Shown here in pieces: positions 57,096-64,000 of a stretch of DNA of 64,000 nucleotides. Both the position numbers and the translations under genes were made by a program. The notes beneath the pieces are model-generated. The model saw nothing but the letters and a program-made list of their open reading frames with translations, ran no database searches and was not told the DNA's origin. The stretch is from contig PLYP01000005.1 of the NCBI GenBank assembly GCA_003153395.1, positions 21,701-85,700 on the forward strand, in the 5' to 3' direction. Source of the DNA: Candidatus Saccharimonadota bacterium (GTDB lineage: Bacteria; Patescibacteriota; Saccharimonadia; Saccharimonadales; UBA4665). How positions within the stretch are numbered: position 1 is the stretch's first letter; each line of letters opens with the position of its first letter.

Positions 57096-57313
57096 ATTAG
57101 ATAAAAAATTTGGATATTAAATTATTCCGGTCTCTTTTAATTAATACTAACTAGTATACCTGTTAGCAATATATGAAGAAATGCTTCCGACATAAATATC
57201 AATATATGGATGTAATAAATAAAATGAAAAATATTATGGAGCTAATACTTTTAAACGTTATAATGAATTTAATAATATTAACTAAACACACTACTAAAAA
57301 GAGGATTACCTTC

Positions 57314-57919
57314 ATGTTTACACTACCAGATTTACCTTACGGATATGATGCATTCGGCAAATATATAAGTAAAAATATTATGGAGCTTCACCATTCGAAA
57401 CATCATCAAACTTATGTGGATAATGTTAACAAAGCTCTGGAAAAAGCACCGGAGCTGGCAGGAAAAAGCATTGAAGAGCTAATCACTAACCTAGACGAAG
57501 CCCCCGAGAGTGTTCGCTCTATAATAAGAAACCACGGAGGTGGTCATTATAATCACAGCCTGTTCTGGCAGTTTATGACTCCTGATGGCCATGGTCAGCC
57601 AAATGGTAATTTAGGACCAGCGCTTAATGAGAAATACGGAGATTTTCAAAGCTTCATGGATGAATTCGGGGCTAAGGCTCTCGGGGTATTCGGTAGCGGA
57701 TGGGCCTGGCTAATGCCTGATCTTTCTATTACTACTACTCCTAACCAGGATTCACCAATTATGGAGGGTAGTCCTCCTCCATTATTAGGTTTAGACGTAT
57801 GGGAACATGCTTATTATTTGGATTACACATATAAGCGAGCCGACTACATTAAAGCTTGGTGGAATGTAGTTAACTGGACGGAAGCTGAAAAAAGATTCGA
57901 CGCCGCCAACAGTCAGTAA
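57314..57919 (+). CDS. sodA: Fe/Mn superoxide dismutase
   Basis: MFTLPDLPYGYDA...HHSKHHQTYV...HYNHSLFW...DVWEHAYYLDY. SD AAGAGG lies 8 nt upstream of this ATG. The ORF-track start at 57173 adds a non-homologous 47 aa. Confidence 0.93.
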   Translation: MFTLPDLPYGYDAFGKYISKNIMELHHSKHHQTYVDNVNKALEKAPELAGKSIEELITNLDEAPESVRSIIRNHGGGHYNHSLFWQFMTPDGHGQPNGNLGPALNEKYGDFQSFMDEFGAKALGVFGSGWAWLMPDLSITTTPNQDSPIMEGSPPPLLGLDVWEHAYYLDYTYKRADYIKAWWNVVNWTEAEKRFDAANSQ

Positions 57920-57958
57920 ATTACTCCTTAAAGTATTCTTAATTAATCTTCTGGATAA

Positions 57959-58099
57959 ATTATCAAACTAGTGCCAATGGGACTGGGACTGGCGATTATA
58001 AAACAATATGTATACGAGGATTTTAATGGATCTATCGAAGTTATGTGTAGTGCAAGACTAGGTACTAAATTTATCATTACTCTTAATAAACGGTATTAA
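57959..58099 (+). pseudogene. remnant of a histidine-kinase C-terminus (HATPase_c G2 box to the stop)
   Basis: The frame reads IIKLVPMGLGLAIIKQYVYEDFNGSIEVMCSARLGTKFIITLNKRY*. This is the GLGLAIvK...GG.I.v.S..G.GT.F...L pattern of histidine-kinase C-termini. An in-frame TAA lies just upstream, and no H-box or N-box is present. Confidence 0.5.
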
Positions 58100-58214
58100 C
58101 AGGTTAAGTGTTGTAAAAATATATGTGAAAATATTTACATATATTCTTCAAGGACAAGCGTAATATACATATATTGTTAATGAGCGATCTAAACGAAAAG
58201 GCTATACTATATAA

Positions 58215-58640
58215 GTGTCAGATTATTTTTTAGATAATACTAAAATAAAATATGGTTTGGAGACTAAAGTTTTAATACCTATATTAGCTATTACGCTATT
58301 CTGCTTTAGCTTTCTTTTAATGCAAGCTAAGCCGCACCAGTTGTTATTAAGCCATACGAAGTCTTCTCCTGCGCTCAATAATGCTAAAGTTATCAATCTG
58401 CCCCAGAAGCTGCCAACTCTATCAGTTTCCTCTAGCTCAATTAACGCTGCTAACCCTTCGTCAACCGTAACACCCCAAGTTTCTAATCAGATGACTGTCT
58501 CTCCAAATGTAAATCACGTGCAATCAGTTCCCAAAACTATCACGACCCCAGTTATTAACCTGCATAAAACTGATGATAACTTAATTAAATCTGTTAATCT
58601 AAATAACGAAATAAGTCCACTAAACAGTTTATTGCCCTAG
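58215..58640 (+). CDS. hypothetical membrane-anchored Ser/Pro/Asn-rich protein
   Basis: 141-aa ORF with a non-ATG start, one TM helix and a low-complexity tail. Weak support. Confidence 0.3.
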   Translation: MSDYFLDNTKIKYGLETKVLIPILAITLFCFSFLLMQAKPHQLLLSHTKSSPALNNAKVINLPQKLPTLSVSSSSINAANPSSTVTPQVSNQMTVSPNVNHVQSVPKTITTPVINLHKTDDNLIKSVNLNNEISPLNSLLP

Positions 58641-58651
58641 ATTTAGTTAAT

Positions 58652-59302
58652 CTATTTGTCTCTACTTTCCTTATCTCTCCATTTTTGTATCTCGCCGTGA
58701 TGACCGCTTAATAAAATATCAGGTACTTTCATACCTTTAAAGACTTCGGGACGGGTATACTGCGGAAATTCTATGTTATTGTCGTCTTTCTGAAATGACT
58801 CTATTTCTGCGGACATATTTCCACCTAAGACTCCAGGTATAAGCCTGACAACAGAATCAATTATTACCATAGCCGGCAGTTCGCCACCCGTTAAGACATA
58901 GTTACCTATACAATAGCTTTGATCGATCCAATTAGTTATTCTCTCGTCGTATCCTTCATATCTTGGGCAAACAATTATTATTCCGCTAAGGTCCTTAGCT
59001 AGCTTCTTGGCATGAGACTGCTTATACACCTTACCTCGCGGAGTGGGAAGTATTACTACAGCTCCTGGATCATTTGCTTTAGCAACTTCAATAGCTGCGA
59101 CTATTGGTTCAGGTTTAAGCAACATCCCATCCCCACCTCCATAAGGTGTGTCGTCAACCTGCTGGCGAGGTCCTAAACCGAAATCTCTAAGATTAATATA
59201 TTCAAAGCTAACAAGCTTCTTTTCCTGGGCTTTAAATAACATGCTGCTACCCAGCACACCTTCAAACATTTCTGGGAATAAAGTAATTACCTGTATCTTC
59301 AT
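58652..59302 (-). CDS. trmD: tRNA (guanine37-N1)-methyltransferase
   Basis: MKIQVITLFPEMFEG start (ATG at the complement of 59300-59302), DDTPYGGGDGMLLKPEP, CPRYEGYDERI, IGNYVLTGGELPAMV. Confidence 0.93.
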   Translation of the reverse strand: MKIQVITLFPEMFEGVLGSSMLFKAQEKKLVSFEYINLRDFGLGPRQQVDDTPYGGGDGMLLKPEPIVAAIEVAKANDPGAVVILPTPRGKVYKQSHAKKLAKDLSGIIIVCPRYEGYDERITNWIDQSYCIGNYVLTGGELPAMVIIDSVVRLIPGVLGGNMSAEIESFQKDDNNIEFPQYTRPEVFKGMKVPDILLSGHHGEIQKWRDKESRDK

Positions 59303-59315
59303 TAGATCACTATTG

Positions 59316-59369
59316 TAGCAAACCAAAACAACCCTCGTCTGAAGTAATTAACTTCACTGAGGGTTGTTT
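59316..59369 (-). terminator. terminator-like hairpin plus U-tract directly upstream of trmD
   Basis: AAACAACCCUC/GAGGGUUGUUU 11-bp outer stem (59326-59336 with 59359-59369), and an inner stem UGAAGU/ACUUCA. On the minus strand it is followed by UUUUGGUUUG. Confidence 0.5.
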
Positions 59370-59458
59370 CGTCACATAAAGCTCCCATCACTGGTGATGG
59401 CTCGCAATGAGCTTTTTATATTTTTGTTTTATCGTATAGTCAGTCTTGACTAGAGCCC

Positions 59459-59487
59459 ATTATACAAACTAACCATACACTGAGCAA
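59459..59487 (-). promoter_or_regulatory. sigma-70-type promoter between the KH gene and trmD
   Basis: Minus strand TTGCTC (complement of 59482-59487), 17-nt spacer, TATAAT (complement of 59459-59464). Confidence 0.5.
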
Positions 59488-59504
59488 GTTATAATTTATA
59501 TTTA

Positions 59505-60005
59505 CTAAACATCAAGATCATCTAGATCTGCAAGTTCTTCCCGGGCCTGACGTAGCCTATCGCTAGTCTTTTCTTCATCTGTCGCTTTAGCAGGTTCAGC
59601 GTCTTGCTGTGGTTCAGCTTCCGCGACCGGTTCTTCATTGACGTCGGTGACTTCCTGAGCTTCTTCAGGCTTAGCATCGTCTTGTGGTTCTGATCCAGCG
59701 CTTACAGCCGTGTCATCACTTCTATTATCCGATGGCTGAGAGCTTGAATGACCGCCGGTCCCGTTATCTATGATTTTAAGGTTATAGCGAGCATCATTTT
59801 TGGTACCGAGCGCTCTTAGCAGAGTTCTTAGTGACTGAGCAGTTGCACCACGCTTACCAATAACTCGACCTAGATCTTCTGGGTCGACTGTAAGTTCAAG
59901 TAGTACACCTTTTTCATCTATGCGGCGATCAATATGAACCGCATCTGGATTTCCTACTAACGACTTAACTACATATTCAATAAATTGTTGGTCAATTTCA
60001 CTCAC
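59505..60005 (-). CDS. KH-domain RNA-binding protein (KhpA/YlqC-like) with a long acidic tail
   Basis: LELTVDPEDLGRVIGKRGATAQSLRTLL (GxxG KH core). GTG start with a GAGGAG SD. The C-terminal ~85 aa are Asp/Glu/Pro/Ala-rich. Confidence 0.85.
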   Translation of the reverse strand: MSEIDQQFIEYVVKSLVGNPDAVHIDRRIDEKGVLLELTVDPEDLGRVIGKRGATAQSLRTLLRALGTKNDARYNLKIIDNGTGGHSSSQPSDNRSDDTAVSAGSEPQDDAKPEEAQEVTDVNEEPVAEAEPQQDAEPAKATDEEKTSDRLRQAREELADLDDLDV

Positions 60006-60116
60006 GATTTGGACTCCTCTAGTATGGTCTAATTCTGCTGGACGACATTTACTACTTTATAAATTATAGCAAAAATTGACTTTAAATGTGTGAAAAATTT
60101 GGCTAAGAATTAAAAT

Positions 60117-60647
60117 CTATTTTTTAGATTCTTTGGTTTCTTCCGCCGGTTTGTCCTCGGCAGGTTCGGCTGTTTTTTCTGTGTCTTCAGCTACTTCCTC
60201 TTTAGGTGCGTCAGCTTGTTTAGGTGCTTCTACTGCTGTTTTTTCTTCTGCAACTTCTGCTGTATCGGTCGGCGCTACTTCTGCTACCTCAGGAGTTTCT
60301 TCTACTGCTTGGGGAGTCTCTTCTTTTGGCTGTTCAGGTCTGGTACTTCTTCGCTTATCGGCATTTCTTACAGATCTATTCTTTTCTGATGCAATAGCTA
60401 CCCAGTCTGGTAGTTTAACACCGTCAGATTTCAACAGCCTGGCGATTCTTTCCGAAGGTTGCGCACCATGATCTAAATAAAAAATAGCTTTTTCTTTATC
60501 TACAGCAAGTGTTTTACTGTGTGGATCATAGCTTCCTAGACGGGCGACTACTTTGCCGCTGGTTGGTGTGCGCCTAGAGTCTTGAACTACGACGCGAAAC
60601 ATTACATGTCCTTTGCGTCCTGCTCTTTGCAATCTAATAACTAGCAT
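60117..60647 (-). CDS. rpsP: 30S ribosomal protein S16 with an ~85-aa acidic C-terminal extension
   Basis: MLVIRLQRAGRKGHVMFRVVVQDSRRTPTSGKVVARLGSYDP core, followed by a Glu/Ala/Pro/Lys-rich tail. Confidence 0.93.
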   Translation of the reverse strand: MLVIRLQRAGRKGHVMFRVVVQDSRRTPTSGKVVARLGSYDPHSKTLAVDKEKAIFYLDHGAQPSERIARLLKSDGVKLPDWVAIASEKNRSVRNADKRRSTRPEQPKEETPQAVEETPEVAEVAPTDTAEVAEEKTAVEAPKQADAPKEEVAEDTEKTAEPAEDKPAEETKESKK

Positions 60648-60709
60648 TATTTAATATGTCTCTTCTTTCTTCGTCTTAAACAGTTGAATGATTAAATGCG
60701 ATTCTTGAC

Positions 60710-60738
60710 ATTTTACAGATAAGCTTCTCTGTTGTCAA
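60710..60738 (-). promoter_or_regulatory. consensus-like sigma-70 promoter for rpsP
   Basis: Minus strand TTGACA (complement of 60733-60738), 17-nt spacer acagagaagcttatctg, TAAAAT (complement of 60710-60715). About 60 nt upstream of the rpsP ATG. Confidence 0.55.
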
Positions 60739-60764
60739 CGAAGTATTATGAATTCTAGAGACAG

Positions 60765-61463
60765 TCAACGGTTTTGATAATAAACTAGAGCCGCTTTAGC
60801 AGCTTTCTGCTGGGCACTCTGCTTATTTGGGCCATCGCCCTGCCCCCTTAGTACTCCGGCTACATAAACACCTACAATAAAGGTTTTATCGTGATCTGGC
60901 CCATCTTCGTTCATGACCTTATAAATTGGAGTAGCGGCCTCCTGACTTTGAGCCAGTTCCTGCAAATATGATTTAGGATCCATCCAAGAGCCACTCTCTA
61001 GAATCTGGGCAAATGTGCTCAGGATGCTTTCAGTAATGAATACTGCTGCTGCCTCGTAACCCTGATCTAAATATAGGGCTCCAATGACAGCTTCAAAGCT
61101 ATTGGCCAGTATCTGGGCTCTGGCTCGGTCTGTTCCCCGTTTTTCACCCCTACTTAGCCGCAGGTATTCCTCAAAACCATATTTTGCGGCGGCAGCGCTT
61201 ATACTTTCAGTTCTAACTAGACTGCTTCTCCAGTTAGTTAGTATGCCTTCAGGGTCGGGATAGTTCTTATATAAATATTCAGTTACTACAAGCTCTAAAA
61301 CGGCATCACCTAGGAACTCAAGCCGTTCATTATGTTCTTTGACGTTTCGCTTGTGTTCATTTAAGTAAGATCTGTGAGTAAAAGCAGTTATTAGTAGATC
61401 CAAATTCTTAAATGTAACGTGCAGTTTATCCTTGGCAAAGACTGCATAGGCTTCACTGTTCAT
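60765..61463 (-). CDS. rnc: ribonuclease III
   Basis: NERLEFLGDAVLELVVTEYL signature plus a C-terminal dsRBD (GPDHDKTF...AAKAAL). Confidence 0.95.
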   Translation of the reverse strand: MNSEAYAVFAKDKLHVTFKNLDLLITAFTHRSYLNEHKRNVKEHNERLEFLGDAVLELVVTEYLYKNYPDPEGILTNWRSSLVRTESISAAAAKYGFEEYLRLSRGEKRGTDRARAQILANSFEAVIGALYLDQGYEAAAVFITESILSTFAQILESGSWMDPKSYLQELAQSQEAATPIYKVMNEDGPDHDKTFIVGVYVAGVLRGQGDGPNKQSAQQKAAKAALVYYQNR

Positions 61464-61467
61464 TAAA

Positions 61468-61971
61468 CTAGAGCTCCCCTTTTCTAATCTTCTTCATTCC
61501 AAGTAGAATTAGTTTGCCAATATCGTCATACGCAATCTTATCTACGGCTTCGGACGATGGCAACCATTTAATATCATTGAGCCAGTCTTCTGGCTGCAGT
61601 TTATCGGTGTCACCTTTACCTTCCACTAAGTAGGTATGCATCGTCATAAGTACAAGAGTATGACCGCGGCGATATCTAAAGTTTACCTTCCCAAGCCAGC
61701 TGTGCACTTTCATCTCTTCTAGACCAGTTTCTTCTCTTATTTCTCTGGCTGCCGTATCTCGAGGATCCTCTCCTGGCTCAACATGACCTTTGGGAATTGT
61801 CCATCGGTTCTTAGCATCCTGCATGAGTAGTATCTGAACACCCTTGGTCTTAGCGTCTATTCGAAATACAACACCGCCTGATGTAGTCTCACGTACTACT
61901 TCATCTATAATAGGGCGGCGCTTAAAGGGTAGTTTACTCTTGATGCCTTCGATTGGTTTAGGTCTCTTCAT
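61468..61971 (-). CDS. NUDIX hydrolase
   Basis: Nudix box GHVEPGEDPRDTAAREIREETGL. Confidence 0.88.
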   Translation of the reverse strand: MKRPKPIEGIKSKLPFKRRPIIDEVVRETTSGGVVFRIDAKTKGVQILLMQDAKNRWTIPKGHVEPGEDPRDTAAREIREETGLEEMKVHSWLGKVNFRYRRGHTLVLMTMHTYLVEGKGDTDKLQPEDWLNDIKWLPSSEAVDKIAYDDIGKLILLGMKKIRKGEL

Positions 61972-61982
61972 AATTTTAGGTG

Positions 61983-62513
61983 TTATTTATCTCCCGTTGG
62001 TTTTGCCTTACTTTTTTTAGTAATCGCCTTTTTAGCAGGTTTTTTCGAACTAGCTTTCGCTTTTACTTTAGCTGCGGCTTTTGGTTTAACTTCACTTTCA
62101 CGAAGCAGTGTACCAAGCACTCCATTAACGAATTTAGATGAATTATCTCCACCGAATGCTTTCGCAAGCTCAACTGCTTCATTAATGACTACTTTAGGTG
62201 GTACATCAGCTTCATTCTCCAATTCATATAGCCCTATTCTTAGTACCAGACGATCCATTCTGGCTATTTGATTAATAGGCCATTCCGGAGCTACTGGCTG
62301 GAGCTTGGCGTCAAGGCTTTCGGCCTGTTTAGACACACCCTTAACAAGTTGAGCAACGAAGTCCTTATCTTCTAGCATCTGCTGATAACGTGCTATATTC
62401 CGCTTGAGGACTTCATTTAAATCAAAACTATCATCGGATGCCTCTTGACGAAGCTCTTGCTCATAAAGCGTTTGTAGAGCGATTATTCGGCCTAGGTGAC
62501 GATTGGATGCCAT
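61983..62513 (-). CDS. nusB: transcription antitermination factor NusB with a Lys/Ala-rich tail
   Basis: [10 protein letters not shown]...[12 protein letters not shown]...[14 protein letters not shown]...FVNGVLG. The C-terminal ~35 aa read [29 protein letters not shown]. Confidence 0.9.
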   Translation of the reverse strand: MASNRHLGRIIALQTLYEQELRQEASDDSFDLNEVLKRNIARYQQMLEDKDFVAQLVKGVSKQAESLDAKLQPVAPEWPINQIARMDRLVLRIGLYELENEADVPPKVVINEAVELAKAFGGDNSSKFVNGVLGTLLRESEVKPKAAAKVKAKASSKKPAKKAITKKSKAKPTGDK

Positions 62514-62561
62514 ATTGTTAAATCTACTTTTGTTAACCTTACTTACAAGGAACCTATGAAG

Positions 62562-62705
62562 TTAAGCGACTTTACTAGACTCTCGTTTAGTAGTTCGTAC
62601 TTTTACTGGTGATTTTCCATTGACTTTACGAGCCAATTTTAGAACCAAATGACTGCGCCGTGTACCAGTCTTACGCGGACTGGTTCGCTTTTTTGGTTTA
62701 CCCAT
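62562..62705 (-). CDS. rpmF: 50S ribosomal protein L32
   Basis: Hand-translated 47 aa: MGKPKKRTSPRKTGTRRSHLVLKLARKVNGKSPVKVRTTKRESSKVA. The KRRTS..R...RR.H pattern matches L32. SD AAGGAAAAGGA upstream. It is below the ORF-track size cut-off. Confidence 0.85.
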   Translation of the reverse strand: MGKPKKRTSPRKTGTRRSHLVLKLARKVNGKSPVKVRTTKRESSKVA

Positions 62706-62786
62706 TTGGTATTTCCTTTTCCTTACATAACAAAGCTTAGCTTCTATTTTATCTTAAAAAAACCACTTTCTCAAGGTTCTATTAAT

Positions 62787-64000
62787 TTAGCTAACCACGA
62801 AATTTATTATTTTACCCGGCACATAAACAGTTCTCTTAATATCTTGACCACCTAAATACGGCTGCAGGCGAGGGTTTTGTTTGGCGAGCTTCACCGCAGC
62901 TTCCTCTTTAATATCGGGTTCTACTTCGATTTCTGCTCTAAGCTTCCCATTTACCTGGACAATAAGCTTCACTTTGTCTTCAATTAAATACTGTTCATCA
63001 TACGTCGGCCAGCTTGACAGGTGAATAGTGTCTTTATTACCCAGCTGATGCCAAAGCTCTTCGCTTATATGTGGTGCGAATGGAGATAGTATCTTTAAGA
63101 CTGATTCAAATGCCCATTGCCAATCCTTTGAGACAAAACCTTCTTTAGCTTTAATCTTATACAGTTCGTTTGTAAACTCCATCAGTCCGGCAATAGCTGT
63201 ATTAAACAGCATTGCATCCAGATCATTGCTTACTTTTTTAATAACTTTATTGACTGCTCTTTTTAATTCGCTAGATTCTTCGTTGCCTTTTGGGCCTTCA
63301 CTATATTCCTGAACCAGTGTCCATAATCTGGATAAGAACCTATGAGTTCCAGCAACACCCTCCGGACTCCATGGCGTAGTCTGATCATAGGGCGCTAGAA
63401 AAGAGATACTAAGTCTCAACGCATCGGCACCATAACCACTGTCAATAATCTCACTGGGATTAACTATATTACCTTTACTCTTACTCATCTTGGTGTCATC
63501 AGCGGCCAGAATTATGCCCTGTCCTCTCCGAGCCTGATAAGGCTCAGGGGTTGGAACAAGTTTTTGATCATACAAAAATTGGTGCCAAAACCTGGAATAC
63601 AGCAAATGTAGGGTTGTATGTTCCATGCCACCGAGGTACATGTCTACTGCGCCCCAATAGTCTAGCTTATCTTTAGCAGCGAATTCACTGTTATTCTTAG
63701 CATCATAGTACCGCAGATAGTACCAACTACTACCTGCCCAGTTAGGCATGGTGTCGGTTTCTCTTTTTGCGGGTTCTCCGCATACAGGACACTTAACATT
63801 TACCCAGTCGCTAATCTGCGCTAGAGGACTTTCACCAGTATCCGTCGGCTCGTAGTTCTTAACATCAGGCAGCAAGACCGGTAGTTGATCATCAGGTACA
63901 GGTACAGCGCCATGTTCTGGGCAGTGAATAATTGGTATAGGCTCGCCCCAGTAATGTTGACGACTAAATATCCAATCTCTGAGTCGATAACTAACTTTTC
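62787..64000 (-). CDS. leuS: leucyl-tRNA synthetase, C-terminal ~400 aa (5' end beyond the right window edge)
   Basis: The frame stays open to position 64000 (...YRLRDWIFSRQHYWGEPIPIIHCPEHG...). KMSKSKGN class-I signature and a C-terminal anticodon-binding region. The ORF-track Met at 63875 is an internal TTG Leu codon. Confidence 0.95.
   Translation of the reverse strand, partial: KVSYRLRDWIFSRQHYWGEPIPIIHCPEHGAVPVPDDQLPVLLPDVKNYEPTDTGESPLAQISDWVNVKCPVCGEPAKRETDTMPNWAGSSWYYLRYYDAKNNSEFAAKDKLDYWGAVDMYLGGMEHTTLHLLYSRFWHQFLYDQKLVPTPEPYQARRGQGIILAADDTKMSKSKGNIVNPSEIIDSGYGADALRLSISFLAPYDQTTPWSPEGVAGTHRFLSRLWTLVQEYSEGPKGNEESSELKRAVNKVIKKVSNDLDAMLFNTAIAGLMEFTNELYKIKAKEGFVSKDWQWAFESVLKILSPFAPHISEELWHQLGNKDTIHLSSWPTYDEQYLIEDKVKLIVQVNGKLRAEIEVEPDIKEEAAVKLAKQNPRLQPYLGGQDIKRTVYVPGKIINFVVS

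Noticed and set aside
57173-57313. 47-aa N-terminal extension of the SOD ORF
   Set aside because: SOD homology begins exactly at the internal Met (MFTLPDLPY), which has a good SD. The extension is AT-rich, Ile/Lys/Asn-rich noise.
59303-59326. TTG start for trmD at 59326
   Set aside because: TrmD homology starts at MKIQVITLFPEMF (ATG, 59302). The upstream 8 codons overlap the terminator-like hairpin.
1-64000. Search for rRNA, CRISPR arrays, transposases, integrases, reverse transcriptases (DGR or retron), and recoded stop codons
   Set aside because: None were seen. All long ORFs close with standard stops including UGA, so an alternative code (UGA read as Gly) is unlikely.

Overview
Gene-dense 64-kb window, roughly 90% coding on both strands, read with the standard genetic code (UGA acts as a stop). 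It holds small, divergent housekeeping proteins with low-complexity tails, sortase/LPXTG wall anchoring and patchy biosynthesis. This suggests a reduced-genome, low-GC, Gram-positive-type bacterium, plausibly Patescibacteria/CPR (Saccharibacteria-like); that assignment is inference only. Recognisable core genes: metK behind a SAM-I riboswitch, rarA, typA, a DEAD-box helicase, an rpoD-like sigma factor, prs, ahcY next to a PfkB kinase, glmM, Fe/Mn SOD, ribH/ribE plus a stand-alone riboflavin kinase, trmD, a KH protein, rpsP, rnc, a NUDIX hydrolase, nusB, rpmF (missed by the ORF track), partial leuS and tRNA-Gln(CUG). Envelope and transport genes: a Fur-family regulator divergent from a metal ABC importer, a MacB/FtsX-type ABC system with glycine-rich inserts, an ABC-2 exporter, a YkuD L,D-transpeptidase, an LPXTG protein-sortase-GT2 block and a membrane-anchored G1 (eqolisin-type) glutamic peptidase. 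The most unusual region is a compositionally distinct, higher-GC block at about 10.56-19.45 kb, just downstream of tRNA-Gln. It carries a P2-type cation ATPase, an SDR, a 44-aa CxC mini-protein, a rhodanese, an orphan di-haem cytochrome b-like protein, membrane proteins, Hsp20 and a phosphoribosyltransferase. A ~22-nt motif recurs in its intergenic regions, and short repeats matching the tRNA 3' end lie at both borders. Other items worth a second look: a 32-bp perfect palindrome overlapping the start codon of a truncated TrpC-like gene; a promoter, structured leader and terminator in front of trmD where rimM is missing; a promoter-equipped 34-aa hydrophobic mini-ORF; and two gene remnants. I found no rRNA, CRISPR array, transposase or integrase.
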